This document shows, one piece after another, positions 37,491 to 46,741 of a stretch of DNA of 64,000 nucleotides (position 1 is the first letter of the stretch; each line of letters opens with the position of its first letter). A program made the translations under genes and the position numbers. The stretch spans positions 100,443 to 164,442 of the forward strand of contig DDWV01000001.1 in the NCBI GenBank assembly GCA_002347045.1. The letters are read 5' to 3'. The notes beneath the pieces were generated by a model. That model did no database searches. It saw only the letters and a list, made by a program, of their open reading frames with translations, and was not told where the DNA came from. The DNA comes from Candidatus Collierbacteria bacterium UBA2277 (GTDB lineage: Bacteria > Patescibacteriota > Microgenomatia > UBA1400 > MFAQ01).

Positions 37491-38720
37491 GTGAAACTTT
37501 TAATATTTACATATGCACCTGCTGGACTAGGTCATTTGAGAGTAACTGATGCTTTTGTAGATAGCAGGCCAAAACAATATCCATATCTTCTGCTAGGTTC
37601 ATACGACAAATTTATTACAAGTATGCATAGATTTACGAGTGTAAATCCTATCGCGAAATGGATTTTTACAGTGTCTCAGTATGGGTTATTAGAAGATATT
37701 GTGACTTCTGTTTATAGAACAATTTTGGTAAAAACGGCCGACAGAATGTACTCTGATTTTAAAGAGGTATTGCTTAGAAAAAAAGGCATAAACGAAGTTT
37801 GGGTCGTTGCTACACATTTTGGTATGGCTCATCAGATTGGTGCGATTAAAGATCGTTTAATGAAAGAAACTGGAATCAAAATTCGTTTGGTTGTCCAGGT
37901 TACTGATGATACCTCTCAACATATTTGGTGTGTTCGAGGTGCTGATTTAACATTTGTCCCGAGTTTGGACACAAAGATAAATCTTGGGGTGTATTCCAAA
38001 AAGAAAAGGATGAATTTAGAGTATGAAGTAATTCCCTACCCTATCTGTCCTGCTCTTACAAATTCCATAGACCCTTCAAAAGGTGACAGGCAGTCGGCTT
38101 TTTTGTCTGGTACTAAAAAAATTAATATTGCCGTACCAATATCTGGGGCTTCTGTAGGATTACCTTTTACTGTTAGTTTAATCAAGTCAATGCTTGATAA
38201 ATCGAACAGGTTTAAGTTTTGGATAATTGCTAAGAAAACAATTTACTCTGATATGTATCTGTCTACCTTGTCAAAGTTTCAAAATGTACATTTAATCACA
38301 GGTAGAAACGATAATGAGATGATCAGTTTATATGAATTGCTATATCAGAATAATTTGATACATGCAGAAATTACTAAGCCCAGTGAACAGTCTTTTAAAG
38401 CCATATTACCTCCAACTTTGGAGGGTGGAAGTTTAATGCTGTTTACAGCTTCTGTAGGAAGACAGGAAGATGATAACATCAGTTTCCTCATTAGGCATGG
38501 CTTAATCTCCAATGAAAAAGGTGTTGTGCCTCGAGGAATTCGTTTGCCTAAAGACGCAAAAATGGCTGCGGATTTCATCTTTTGGGGATTGAACTCTGGA
38601 CTTTTTTCAAAGATGAGCGATCCTAAGTTTAAGTTTTCTGAAGAATCAATTGAGTCTGGAGAGGTTGGTCCTGATGGAGCAAAGAAGTTCTGGGAAATAC
38701 TTGATAAGCGTTTTTCTTGA
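37491..38720 (+). CDS. putative GT-B glycosyltransferase (MGDG synthase / UgtP-like N-terminus)
   Basis: N-terminal LIFTYAPAGLGHLRVTDAF resembles the G-x-GH motif of GT28 / diacylglycerol glycosyltransferases. Weak. Confidence 0.35.
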   Translation: MKLLIFTYAPAGLGHLRVTDAFVDSRPKQYPYLLLGSYDKFITSMHRFTSVNPIAKWIFTVSQYGLLEDIVTSVYRTILVKTADRMYSDFKEVLLRKKGINEVWVVATHFGMAHQIGAIKDRLMKETGIKIRLVVQVTDDTSQHIWCVRGADLTFVPSLDTKINLGVYSKKKRMNLEYEVIPYPICPALTNSIDPSKGDRQSAFLSGTKKINIAVPISGASVGLPFTVSLIKSMLDKSNRFKFWIIAKKTIYSDMYLSTLSKFQNVHLITGRNDNEMISLYELLYQNNLIHAEITKPSEQSFKAILPPTLEGGSLMLFTASVGRQEDDNISFLIRHGLISNEKGVVPRGIRLPKDAKMAADFIFWGLNSGLFSKMSDPKFKFSEESIESGEVGPDGAKKFWEILDKRFS

Positions 38721-38908
38721 TTTTTATTTATAAAACTATACATATATTGTGTATGTAACTCAGATAAATGTTATGACGCAAGTCACCTGGGTGGGTTAGA
38801 TCTATTGAAAGGTTAATTAGCTATACAATACTTTTTTGGTTTGTTGCACATAACTATTGCTCAAATTCAAAAAACAAACAGGTACTTTTATTGTCCTGAC
38901 TGATATGA

Positions 38909-40369
38909 GTGGTAGATTTAGGTAATTTGCCTTTGAATCTGTTAAAATTGACGGCTGTTATGGCTCAAGATAATGTAATTATTAGGTTTGAAAAAGTTTC
39001 ATTTGCATACAATGACAAAAGTGTTATTTTAGATGAGGCAAATTTTAGCGTGCGAAAAAATTCTATAGTTACAATAATTGGTCAAAATGGTGCGGGTAAA
39101 AGTACTATTTTTAAACTTCTTTTAAAAAAGATTAGACCTCAATCAGGAAAAATTAATTTAGAAAATGGAGCTACTGTTGGTATTGCTGAGCAAATGATTG
39201 CTCCAGAAAAGCTTGGTTTAACAGTTTTGGAGTATTTTCAGACCGCTTTGCCTGATATGAAGTATGGAATTGAAGGTTTGATTGATAAGATTCTTGACAC
39301 TGTTAGTTTAAAAACATTACTCACAAAAAAAGTAGGAGAGTTTTCTGGAGGAGAAAAAGCAAGAATATTGCTTGCTTACGCTTTGATTACAAATCCTGAT
39401 GTATTACTTTTGGACGAACCTACAAATAATCTTGATGCCTCTGGTATAGAGTTCTTGACTACTTTCTTAGTAAACTATAAAAAAACTTGTATTGTTATCT
39501 CACATGACTCAGCTTTTTTGAATTGTTTTACTGATGGAGTTCTGAACTTGGACGTTCATACACATAAGGTTGAGCAGTTTGTTGGCAATTACTATGATGT
39601 AATTGAAGAAATAGCGGCTAAGTTGGAAAGAGATAGAATGTTAAATGCACGTTTGGAAAAAAGTATTAAGGATCGTTTTGAAAAAGTAAATAAATTAGGA
39701 GGAAAAAGCATTGCAATGAATCAACTGGCTCGTAGGATTAGAGAGGATATCGCTGAAGATAGACAAGAAATTGTTGAGATGAGAAAAGAAGATAAAACGA
39801 TTCCTCAGTTTGAGATAGAGAATCAAGAGTTTGTTGGTTACGTAGTGAAGATCCATAAGCCAGTAAAAATAGAGCTGGCAAAAGGAAACAGGCTATTAGT
39901 AAAAGGTCCTAATGGAATTGGAAAAAGCACTCTACTAAAATCAATTTTATCTGGTAAATCAGCTGATATTAACCCTTTGATTCGTGTAGGCTATTATAGC
40001 CAGGATTTTTCTGAGTTAAACTTTGATCAATTAGCTTATGATTCGCTTATGGAGGTGTCCGAGATAAAAAAGCCCCAAGTAATTTATGAGGCTGGTTCAA
40101 AATTTTTACTAAATGGAGAACTTTTGCGAAATAAAATTGGATGTTTGTCTGAAGGACAAAAAGGTCTTCTTTGTTATGCTCGATTTATGCTTCAAAAACC
40201 TGGTTTGTTGATTCTTGATGAACCTACAAACCATATAAATTTTCGACATATTCCAGTAATTTCAAAGACAATAAATAATTATGCTGGTCCGGTGATTCTC
40301 GTTAGCCATTTGTTGGAATTTGTAGATGAAATTAAGAATTTGTCAGAGTTAGACTTATCAAATGTCTAA
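38909..40369 (+). CDS. ABC-F family ATPase (two tandem ABC domains, no TMD); alternative start is the ATG at 38960
   Basis: Walker A GQNGAGKST and GPNGIGKSTLL. Signatures LSGGEKARILLA and LSEGQKGLLCYA. A charged inter-domain linker. Confidence 0.85.
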   Translation: MVDLGNLPLNLLKLTAVMAQDNVIIRFEKVSFAYNDKSVILDEANFSVRKNSIVTIIGQNGAGKSTIFKLLLKKIRPQSGKINLENGATVGIAEQMIAPEKLGLTVLEYFQTALPDMKYGIEGLIDKILDTVSLKTLLTKKVGEFSGGEKARILLAYALITNPDVLLLDEPTNNLDASGIEFLTTFLVNYKKTCIVISHDSAFLNCFTDGVLNLDVHTHKVEQFVGNYYDVIEEIAAKLERDRMLNARLEKSIKDRFEKVNKLGGKSIAMNQLARRIREDIAEDRQEIVEMRKEDKTIPQFEIENQEFVGYVVKIHKPVKIELAKGNRLLVKGPNGIGKSTLLKSILSGKSADINPLIRVGYYSQDFSELNFDQLAYDSLMEVSEIKKPQVIYEAGSKFLLNGELLRNKIGCLSEGQKGLLCYARFMLQKPGLLILDEPTNHINFRHIPVISKTINNYAGPVILVSHLLEFVDEIKNLSELDLSNV

Positions 40370-40406
40370 AAAAAAGACCTTACAAAAGTAAGGCCTTTAT
40401 TTTTAC
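40369..40406. terminator. bidirectional terminator between the ABC-F and csp genes (GACCTTAC-AAAA-GTAAGGCC flanked by A-run and T-run)
   Basis: Hairpin with poly-A upstream and TTTATTTTT downstream, so it can serve both convergent genes. Confidence 0.6.
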
Positions 40407-40418
40407 TTGAATAATATA

Positions 40419-40613
40419 TTAAGCAAGAGTTACATTTTTGGCGCTTTTGCCTTTTTCCCCGTCTTGGATGTCGAATGAAACTGTAGCTCCAATTTGAAGT
40501 TCTTCAAATGTGACACCGTTTAGGTCATTTGAATGGAAGAAAAGATCTTTAGGCTCTCCGTAGGAAATGAATCCAAATCCTTTGTCTGTTTTTGTTTTGA
40601 TAGTTCCTGTCAT
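40419..40613 (-). CDS. csp: cold-shock protein (CspA family)
   Basis: MTGTIKTKTDKGFGFI… with RNP1-like KGFGFI and RNP2-like motifs. 64 aa. Confidence 0.95.
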   Translation of the reverse strand: MTGTIKTKTDKGFGFISYGEPKDLFFHSNDLNGVTFEELQIGATVSFDIQDGEKGKSAKNVTLA

Positions 40614-40844
40614 AGGTTTACTGATAGAAGTTTAAAATAATGTTTGCTCTATCTCCTTTATATGTGTAGTTTACCATTGATTTTGCATAACACCTAATTT
40701 ACTTTGATACTTACAGTGTTATTTTGATTAAGAAAATTTAATTAATTAAACCGCCTTGATATATTAAATATTTATTCTTATAATATGCAGAAATCGAAAG
40801 ATTAATGTTCTTTAACATTTTATCTAATTTTGAGGAGGTAAAAA

Positions 40845-43541
40845 TTGAAAAGATTTCTAGTACCCGTGTTTTCTTTTGGTCAGAAGTTTGTTTACATATT
40901 GTTAATTCTACTGTGGTTGGCTACTTTGTACTGGTTTTGGAGCTGGTGGATAAATCAGTCCCATATAACAACAATAATTGGCTTTTTGATAATTAGTGCT
41001 TTTTTACTTTTTAACACTTTTATTCCGGCTTGGCAGTTTTATTTTTTTGGTCGTATGAAAAGGCCAAATAAAATCTTGCCCTTGCCAAATGGAAGAGTGG
41101 CAATGGTAGTTACAAAAGCTCCTTCCGAGCCATGGAGTCTTGTGGAGAAAACTCTCAACGCTATGCTAAATCAGGATTTTCCTCAGCCATTTGATGTTTG
41201 GTTGGCTGATGAGTCTCCAGACGATGATACTGTGGTTTGGTGCATAGTAAATGGAGTTAAGCTTTCTACTCGTATGAATGTACCAGAGTATCACAACAGA
41301 TCTTGGCGACGAAGAACGAAGTCTAAAGAAGGCAACTTAGCCTATTTTTATGATACTTATGGCTATAATGAGTATGATTTCGTAGTTCAGATGGATGCAG
41401 ACCATTGCCCTGAAGCCTCATATCTTACCGAGATGATTCGCCCCTTCATTAATCCTAAAGTTGGGTATGTTGCGGCACCTAGTATTTGTGACGCCAATAG
41501 AGACAAATCTTGGACTGTTCGAGCAAGGCTTTATGCCGAGGCATCGTTACACGGTCCCCTTCAGGCTGGCTATTGCGGTGACGGATGGGCGCCTTTGTGT
41601 ATTGGATCTCACTATGCCGTTCGCACTTCAGCATTGAAGGAAATTGGAGGTCTAGGTCCTGAGCTTGCCGAAGATCACTCGACTACTTTGATGTTAAACA
41701 ATGCCGGATGGCAAGGCGCTTTTGCTATTGATGCGATTGCTCATGGTGAAGGTGCTGATTCCTTCTCAGCTTCGATGACTCAGGAGTTTCAATGGAGTCG
41801 AAGCCTGACAAATATTCTTTTGACATGGCGGCCAATTTTTTCTAAGAACCTAACTCTGAAAAAGAAGTGCCAATTTTTATTTTCGGAGCTTTGGTATGCT
41901 ACATGGTCAATACAGATATTTATTGGGTCCTTACTCCCTTCAGTTGCCCTTTTGACAGGTTTACCTTGGGTTTCTGTGAATTACCTAGATTTTCTTTTTA
42001 GGTATTTAATTCTTGCTCTTGCCTGTCTGATTCCACAGTTGTTTTTGCACTCTCAAAAGGTATTTAGACCGGTAGACGCTCCCGTTGTTAGCTGGGAAAG
42101 CTCCTTGTTTTTAATCGTGAGATGGCCCTGGGCGCTGATTGGGGTAATCGCTTCTGTGTTTGATTATGTATTTAAAAACGAATTCAAATTTAAAGTAACA
42201 CCAAAAGGAGATAAGCAAACAAAGAAGTTGGGATTAGTATCTGTATTTCCTTATGCTTTAATTATTCTGGTAACTAGTTATTTCGTCTATTTCACTCAAG
42301 GCAATGAATCAGTCGAGGGTTATAGGTGGTTAGCGATACTGGATATTATTTTCTATGTTGTGGCTCTAGTACTGGTAACCCTACGTCATATTTACGAAAA
42401 TAAAAATAACGTTCTGTCTTTTTTGTCAGCTCTACACGGTATTGCATTTAGTGTCACCGGAGTGCTGATTCTGTTTGTTTTGATTAGTACCTTTTTACCG
42501 ACTTTTGAAGCAAGTGAAATATTAGCCTACCAACCCCCCACCCCCACTCAGGACAATTTCGTATTTGTGGGTGTTCGTGATGAACAGGTAGGCCCGAGAA
42601 AGTCTCCAACACCTCAGCCAATCATTGAAATAATTGAAAAGGCAATTCCTATTTTCCCAACTCCAACACCCAATCCTGTAGTTGATCTTTCTTTGAATCA
42701 TATGCTTACAGGTATCTACGACCCCTCAGGGACTTTTAAAGATGTTCATTTTGATATCTGGCATGGATTTGTAGATTGGGATGATATCTCAGGAATTGAA
42801 AGGGTAATACGGACGGCTCAAGAACATGATCAGTTTCCAATGATTACTACACAGCCCTTCCCTATTCGTGGTTTACAGCACAATTATATTCTTCCTGATA
42901 TCTCAAATGGTATCTATGATGAGGTTATTACGGACATGGTTTTGTCCATTTCAGAAAGTAGTCCTCAGAAAGTAATTGTTCGCTGGGGGCATGAAATGGA
43001 TTTATGTGCCATTTATCCCTGGTCTTCTTGTGCTATTGATGAATATATTAGTGCATTTAGACATGTAGTAGATTTATCGAGAGATCTCGGAGTAAGTAAC
43101 ATTCTTTGGTTGTGGTCTCCAGCAGGAGGTAGGCCTAACAGTCACTTGTTCTATCCTGGTGATGACTATGTTGATTTCATTGGGATTACAGGACTTGTTT
43201 CTGAAGACTGGGATAATTACTATGGAGAATCAACCGCCCCAAGACAATTTGTTGAGATGTTGCACGAGAGATATGGATTGGCTAACTATATTGATAAACC
43301 ATTGATCATTGCTGAGTTTGGTGTAAGTTATTCTGATCCGAATGTTGACAGAACACCTTGGTTGGAAAATGCATTTTTAGCTATGCAGGATAATAATCAG
43401 TTTCCAAATATTGTGGGATGGGTATACTTTAATGAATTTACAAACCCGCAATCGAGGATTTCATGGCTTCCTGATTTTCGAGTAACTTTTGATGAACTGT
43501 ATATAGCAATGCAAAGAACAGGAGGTTTACGTGATCAGTAA
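40845..43541 (+). CDS. fusion protein: processive family-2 glycosyltransferase (cellulose-synthase-like beta-glycan synthase) + C-terminal clan GH-A glycoside hydrolase (GH26/GH5-like) domain; TTG start
   Basis: GT2 motifs D…MDADH (DxD), LAEDH (TED-like) and QEFQWSRS (QxxRW), with N-terminal and central TM helices. A Pro/Thr linker is followed by a TIM-barrel-like domain with RWGHEMD (acid/base Glu) and LIIAEFG (nucleophile Glu). RBS GAGGAGG sits 6 nt upstream of TTG. Confidence 0.72.
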   Translation: MKRFLVPVFSFGQKFVYILLILLWLATLYWFWSWWINQSHITTIIGFLIISAFLLFNTFIPAWQFYFFGRMKRPNKILPLPNGRVAMVVTKAPSEPWSLVEKTLNAMLNQDFPQPFDVWLADESPDDDTVVWCIVNGVKLSTRMNVPEYHNRSWRRRTKSKEGNLAYFYDTYGYNEYDFVVQMDADHCPEASYLTEMIRPFINPKVGYVAAPSICDANRDKSWTVRARLYAEASLHGPLQAGYCGDGWAPLCIGSHYAVRTSALKEIGGLGPELAEDHSTTLMLNNAGWQGAFAIDAIAHGEGADSFSASMTQEFQWSRSLTNILLTWRPIFSKNLTLKKKCQFLFSELWYATWSIQIFIGSLLPSVALLTGLPWVSVNYLDFLFRYLILALACLIPQLFLHSQKVFRPVDAPVVSWESSLFLIVRWPWALIGVIASVFDYVFKNEFKFKVTPKGDKQTKKLGLVSVFPYALIILVTSYFVYFTQGNESVEGYRWLAILDIIFYVVALVLVTLRHIYENKNNVLSFLSALHGIAFSVTGVLILFVLISTFLPTFEASEILAYQPPTPTQDNFVFVGVRDEQVGPRKSPTPQPIIEIIEKAIPIFPTPTPNPVVDLSLNHMLTGIYDPSGTFKDVHFDIWHGFVDWDDISGIERVIRTAQEHDQFPMITTQPFPIRGLQHNYILPDISNGIYDEVITDMVLSISESSPQKVIVRWGHEMDLCAIYPWSSCAIDEYISAFRHVVDLSRDLGVSNILWLWSPAGGRPNSHLFYPGDDYVDFIGITGLVSEDWDNYYGESTAPRQFVEMLHERYGLANYIDKPLIIAEFGVSYSDPNVDRTPWLENAFLAMQDNNQFPNIVGWVYFNEFTNPQSRISWLPDFRVTFDELYIAMQRTGGLRDQ

Positions 43542-44472
43542 AGTTTTGGTAACAGGTGGGGCCGGTTTTATTGGTTCTCATTTGACTGACAAGTTGGTAC
43601 TGCTAGGATATGATGTGCACATCTTGGACAATTTTTTTTCTGGGGACCCTAATCGTCTACGATCAAGAGTAACGGTTCACGATTTTGATATTCGTGATCG
43701 AGTTAGAGTTGGTGAATTGTTTTCTAAAAACAGGTTTGATGTAGTTTTTCATGAAGCTGCTCAAATGAGCGTAATATCTTCAGTAAAAAAACCTGTCATG
43801 GACGCAACAATCAATATTGTTGGTACTTTGAACCTACTTGATGCCGGAGTAAACTTTGGACTTAAGAAGTTTGTCTTCGCTTCTTCCGGTGGAGTTGTAT
43901 ATGGGAATCCAAACATAGTACCTCAGAGTGAAGATCAAGTTTTGGACCCAGTTTCACCTTATGGAATTTCAAAAGTTGTATGTGAAACGTACCTTCGTTA
44001 TTTTTGGAAAACATATGGCTTATCGTACATTGCTCTTAGGTATTCGAATGTATATGGTCCAAGACAGACTCCAAAGTCCGGTGCTGGTGTGATTGGAATT
44101 TTTTGCGAAAAGATCATCGCAGGCGAACAACCACTCATCTTTGGTTCTGGAAACAAGACTAGAGATTACGTGTATGTTACTGACGTGATCGATGCAAATA
44201 TAAAGGCACTTCGTTATCATGGAGTCGGTTCGTTTAATGTTGGAACTGGTGTAGAGACAACAGTAAACGAAATTTTTCGATTAATTATAGAGTATATGAG
44301 TCGGGATGATATTTTGGAAGTACATGTTGAAGATGAATCAGGTGAACAACTAAGAAGTGTTTTGGATATTTCTAAATCTAAACAGTTATTGGGTTGGCAG
44401 CCAACAGTTCTTTTTGAGGAAGGACTTCGACAGACAGTTGATTGGTATCTATCGATCCATAATGTTAGGTAG
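43531..44472 (+). CDS. NAD-dependent nucleotide-sugar epimerase/dehydratase (GalE-like UDP-hexose 4-epimerase)
   Basis: VLVTGGAGFIGSHL Rossmann motif and YGISKVVCE (YxxxK) catalytic motif. Confidence 0.85.
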   Translation: MISKVLVTGGAGFIGSHLTDKLVLLGYDVHILDNFFSGDPNRLRSRVTVHDFDIRDRVRVGELFSKNRFDVVFHEAAQMSVISSVKKPVMDATINIVGTLNLLDAGVNFGLKKFVFASSGGVVYGNPNIVPQSEDQVLDPVSPYGISKVVCETYLRYFWKTYGLSYIALRYSNVYGPRQTPKSGAGVIGIFCEKIIAGEQPLIFGSGNKTRDYVYVTDVIDANIKALRYHGVGSFNVGTGVETTVNEIFRLIIEYMSRDDILEVHVEDESGEQLRSVLDISKSKQLLGWQPTVLFEEGLRQTVDWYLSIHNVR

Positions 44473-44482
44473 TTTGTTTTTT

Positions 44483-44514
44483 ACGGCTAGGCTTTTTGCT
44501 TAGCCGTTTTTTTA
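44483..44514 (+). terminator. rho-independent terminator (ACGGCTAGGC-TTTTT-GCTTAGCCGT + TTTTTTTAT)
   Basis: 10-bp stem followed by a T-run, immediately after the epimerase stop. Confidence 0.7.
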
Positions 44515-44572
44515 TACCTGCTTTTGGTTTTCGATTGTATTATTTACATTAGCTAAAGTAGAATACTAGCAG

Positions 44573-44962
44573 ATGAAAAGTGTTGTTATTTGTGGTTCAA
44601 AGAGGTTTAAACCTGAGATTAGAAAGTTTGCCAATAATCTTAAGGAGTTAGGTGTTGTGGTTTTTGAGCCATTTCTTCACGAGGGAAAAATGGAATGGAA
44701 AAGTCTTTCTGAGGAGTATAAGAATTTCGTGGTAATGGGTTTAACCCATGATCATTTTCAGAAAATTAGAATGGCAGACGTTGTTTATTTGTATAACAAA
44801 AATGGTTACTGTGGAAATAGCTGTACTTTAGAAATTGGATTCGCTACAGCTCTGTCAAAGCCAATATATGTTTATTCAGATGAGGATATTGAGTTGACGA
44901 GAAATGTTTTGTATAGAGAAGTCATCAAGAGACCAAAAAGCCTACTGAAGAAGCTTGTGTGA
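44573..44962 (+). CDS. nucleoside 2-deoxyribosyltransferase-like protein
   Basis: VVICGS…VYLYNKNGYCGNSCTLEIGFATALSKPIYVY matches the PF05014-like pattern (…G.S.E.G.A.AL.KP…). Confidence 0.45.
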   Translation: MKSVVICGSKRFKPEIRKFANNLKELGVVVFEPFLHEGKMEWKSLSEEYKNFVVMGLTHDHFQKIRMADVVYLYNKNGYCGNSCTLEIGFATALSKPIYVYSDEDIELTRNVLYREVIKRPKSLLKKLV

Positions 44963-45041
44963 GTTTAACCTGTGACAGACTTTTTCTACTTTTTCTTTGG
45001 ACTTTATAAATTTCATGTTATATGAGGTAAAATATAGCTAT

Positions 45042-45115
45042 CGGGGTGTAGCTCAGATGGCTAGAGTACTGCGTTTGGGACGCAGGGGTCGTGGGTTCGA
45101 GTCCCACCACCCCGA
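45042..45115 (+). tRNA. tRNA-Pro (anticodon TGG)
   Basis: Manual fold: CGGGGTG acceptor, anticodon stem CTGCG/CGCAG with loop TTTGGGA, T arm GTGGG-TTCGAGT-CCCAC. Confidence 0.88.
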
Positions 45116-45141
45116 CATTGTTTGGTAAAATATATAGTTAA

Positions 45142-45215
45142 GCGGGTGTCGTATAACGGTATTACCTCAGCTTTCCAAGCTGATGAAAGGGGTCCGACTC
45201 CCCTCACCCGCTCCA
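45142..45215 (+). tRNA. tRNA-Gly (anticodon TCC), CCA encoded
   Basis: Manual fold: GCGGGTG acceptor, anticodon stem TCAGC/GCTGA with loop TTTCCAA. The T loop is unusual (TCCGACT). The D stem is weak. Confidence 0.8.
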
Positions 45216-45275
45216 TTTTAGAAACGAAGCTAAACTAGGCTTACTACTGAAGAGAGCCAACAGCTGATTGTTATT

Positions 45276-45623
45276 TTAAGATTTGCTTACCCAGCCTTTT
45301 ATGCTTTGCACCAAGTTTCCAACTCCTAAACTTGCATTGTGTGAGCATTTCATCTTTCCATGAACGTAACCATCTTCGGTTCTGGATTCCATTTCTGAAT
45401 ACATACTCATTTCTCCGATTTCATCTAGAGCACTCTTCTTATCTTCTTCATAATAAGGAATAAGACTTTCCACTATGAGGAACTCAATTCTTGGATAATT
45501 TGAGTTTGGATTCTTTGCTATTACTTTCGCTATTTCTTCGTTATCCTTTGTCCATGTATATACTGTCTCATTTTCTCCAGGTGTTTCTTTGAACTCAATT
45601 TGTTTAGAGTTTATCGTTTCCAT
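45276..45623 (-). CDS. hypothetical acidic protein
   Basis: ORF only. Confidence 0.4.
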   Translation of the reverse strand: METINSKQIEFKETPGENETVYTWTKDNEEIAKVIAKNPNSNYPRIEFLIVESLIPYYEEDKKSALDEIGEMSMYSEMESRTEDGYVHGKMKCSHNASLGVGNLVQSIKGWVSKS

Positions 45624-45754
45624 TTGAACTAAATTATATCAACATAGAATTATATTGATTAGTCTCATTTGATAATATTTTGACTTGGCAAGGATTATGT
45701 ATAATACTTGAGTCGTTTTGTAGACCAAACCTTAATTAATTGACAGGAGGAATA

Positions 45755-46108
45755 ATGACATTGTCTGATGACCTTAGTGCGTTTTTTGCTTCAGTTGATG
45801 AAAACAAAATTCGTTTGGATTTTCATGCAAATGATAGTTGTCATGTTTGTTTGGAATGGCGTAATGGTAATAAAAGTCGCCAGGATAAGCAGTCAAAGAA
45901 CTGGCATTGGGGTGTCTGTCCCGATCACTTTGATGAGGTCTTTGCACCAATGAAAGAGGCTGATACGTTGATGTTTCAGCTTGAAAACTCTTTGGGTTTG
46001 GTTCGCAATGGTTATTTCCGTTGCCTTCCTGACGGTACGATATGCACTATTTACAGTTTGCCTTGGAAAAAATACCTCCAGTTTTTGATTGATAATCCAC
46101 CTTCTTAG
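45755..46108 (+). CDS. small Cys/His-rich hypothetical protein (possible metal-binding)
   Basis: RBS AGGAGG 5-9 nt upstream of the ATG at 45755. Has C-H-x-C…C-P-D-H…C…C clusters. A terminator follows. Confidence 0.45.
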   Translation: MTLSDDLSAFFASVDENKIRLDFHANDSCHVCLEWRNGNKSRQDKQSKNWHWGVCPDHFDEVFAPMKEADTLMFQLENSLGLVRNGYFRCLPDGTICTIYSLPWKKYLQFLIDNPPS

Positions 46109-46119
46109 GTGGATTTTTT
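46094..46119 (+). terminator. rho-independent terminator overlapping the stop codon (AATCCACC-TTCTTA-GGTGGATT + TTTTTT)
   Basis: Hairpin plus T-run seen in the sequence. Confidence 0.65.
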
Positions 46120-46177
46120 CTGTTTGCAATACACACTACCTTTTGACTCATTTTGTACTGTTATTTAACCTATATTC

Positions 46178-46206
46178 TTGACTTTACAGATATATTTGTA
46201 TAAAAT
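46178..46206 (+). promoter_or_regulatory. sigma-70-like promoter TTGACT-N17-TAAAAT
   Basis: Consensus-like -35 and -10 elements with a 17-bp spacer, about 45 nt upstream of the GTG start at 46253. RBS GGAGG at 46243-46247. Confidence 0.55.
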
Positions 46207-46252
46207 ACGGTAGTTTTGCGCTCCATATCTTATTTCACTAACGGAGGAAAAA

Positions 46253-46636
46253 GTGCACCTTGTCACAATTATAATTTCTTTATTCCAAATGAGCGGTTCA
46301 ACGCTAATGGGAAATGCATGGTTTGATGCATTTCTCGACAAGATGGTTGGTGTTGAACAGTGGTTTTATAGCTTTGCCTGGTGGATCTGGGCAATTGTAG
46401 TTTTGTTAGCAGTAATTGCACTGGTAGCAAAATACATTTTTAAAGTTGATATGTTTGGCATTGGTCTCGGACTTGGATGTGTTTCCATAGTTCTTTTGGT
46501 TTGGCCACTGGCAGAATGGGTAAGTCTTCTTTTGATAAAAGGGATGGCGGATAACTTTAATGCCACAGATGGGATTTATAATCCCGTACCGTTCATTGTC
46601 TATGCCCTTCTTTATCTTTTGTTTGGCGCTGGATAA
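46253..46636 (+). CDS. small membrane protein, unknown function (GTG start)
   Basis: 3-4 predicted TM helices. RBS GGAGG 5 nt upstream. Confidence 0.45.
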   Translation: MHLVTIIISLFQMSGSTLMGNAWFDAFLDKMVGVEQWFYSFAWWIWAIVVLLAVIALVAKYIFKVDMFGIGLGLGCVSIVLLVWPLAEWVSLLLIKGMADNFNATDGIYNPVPFIVYALLYLLFGAG

Positions 46637-46700
46637 TATATTTCATTAACTCACTCGATATTCGGGTGAGTTTTTTATTGATAAAATAATTTTTTGGCAT

Positions 46701-46734
46701 AAAAAAACGGGACTGTCACGAGGGTGACGGTCCC
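46701..46734 (-). terminator. rho-independent terminator (GGGACCGTCAC-CCTC-GTGACAGTCCC + TTTTTTT on the minus strand)
   Basis: 11-bp stem with one G-U, then T7, directly downstream of the small minus-strand gene. Confidence 0.7.
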
Positions 46735-46741
46735 ATTTGGT

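Noticed and set aside
40614-40844. Possible long 5'UTR or cold-box upstream of the csp gene
   Set aside because: Plausible by analogy with cspA. I could not identify a convincing promoter, SD or cold-box element by eye.
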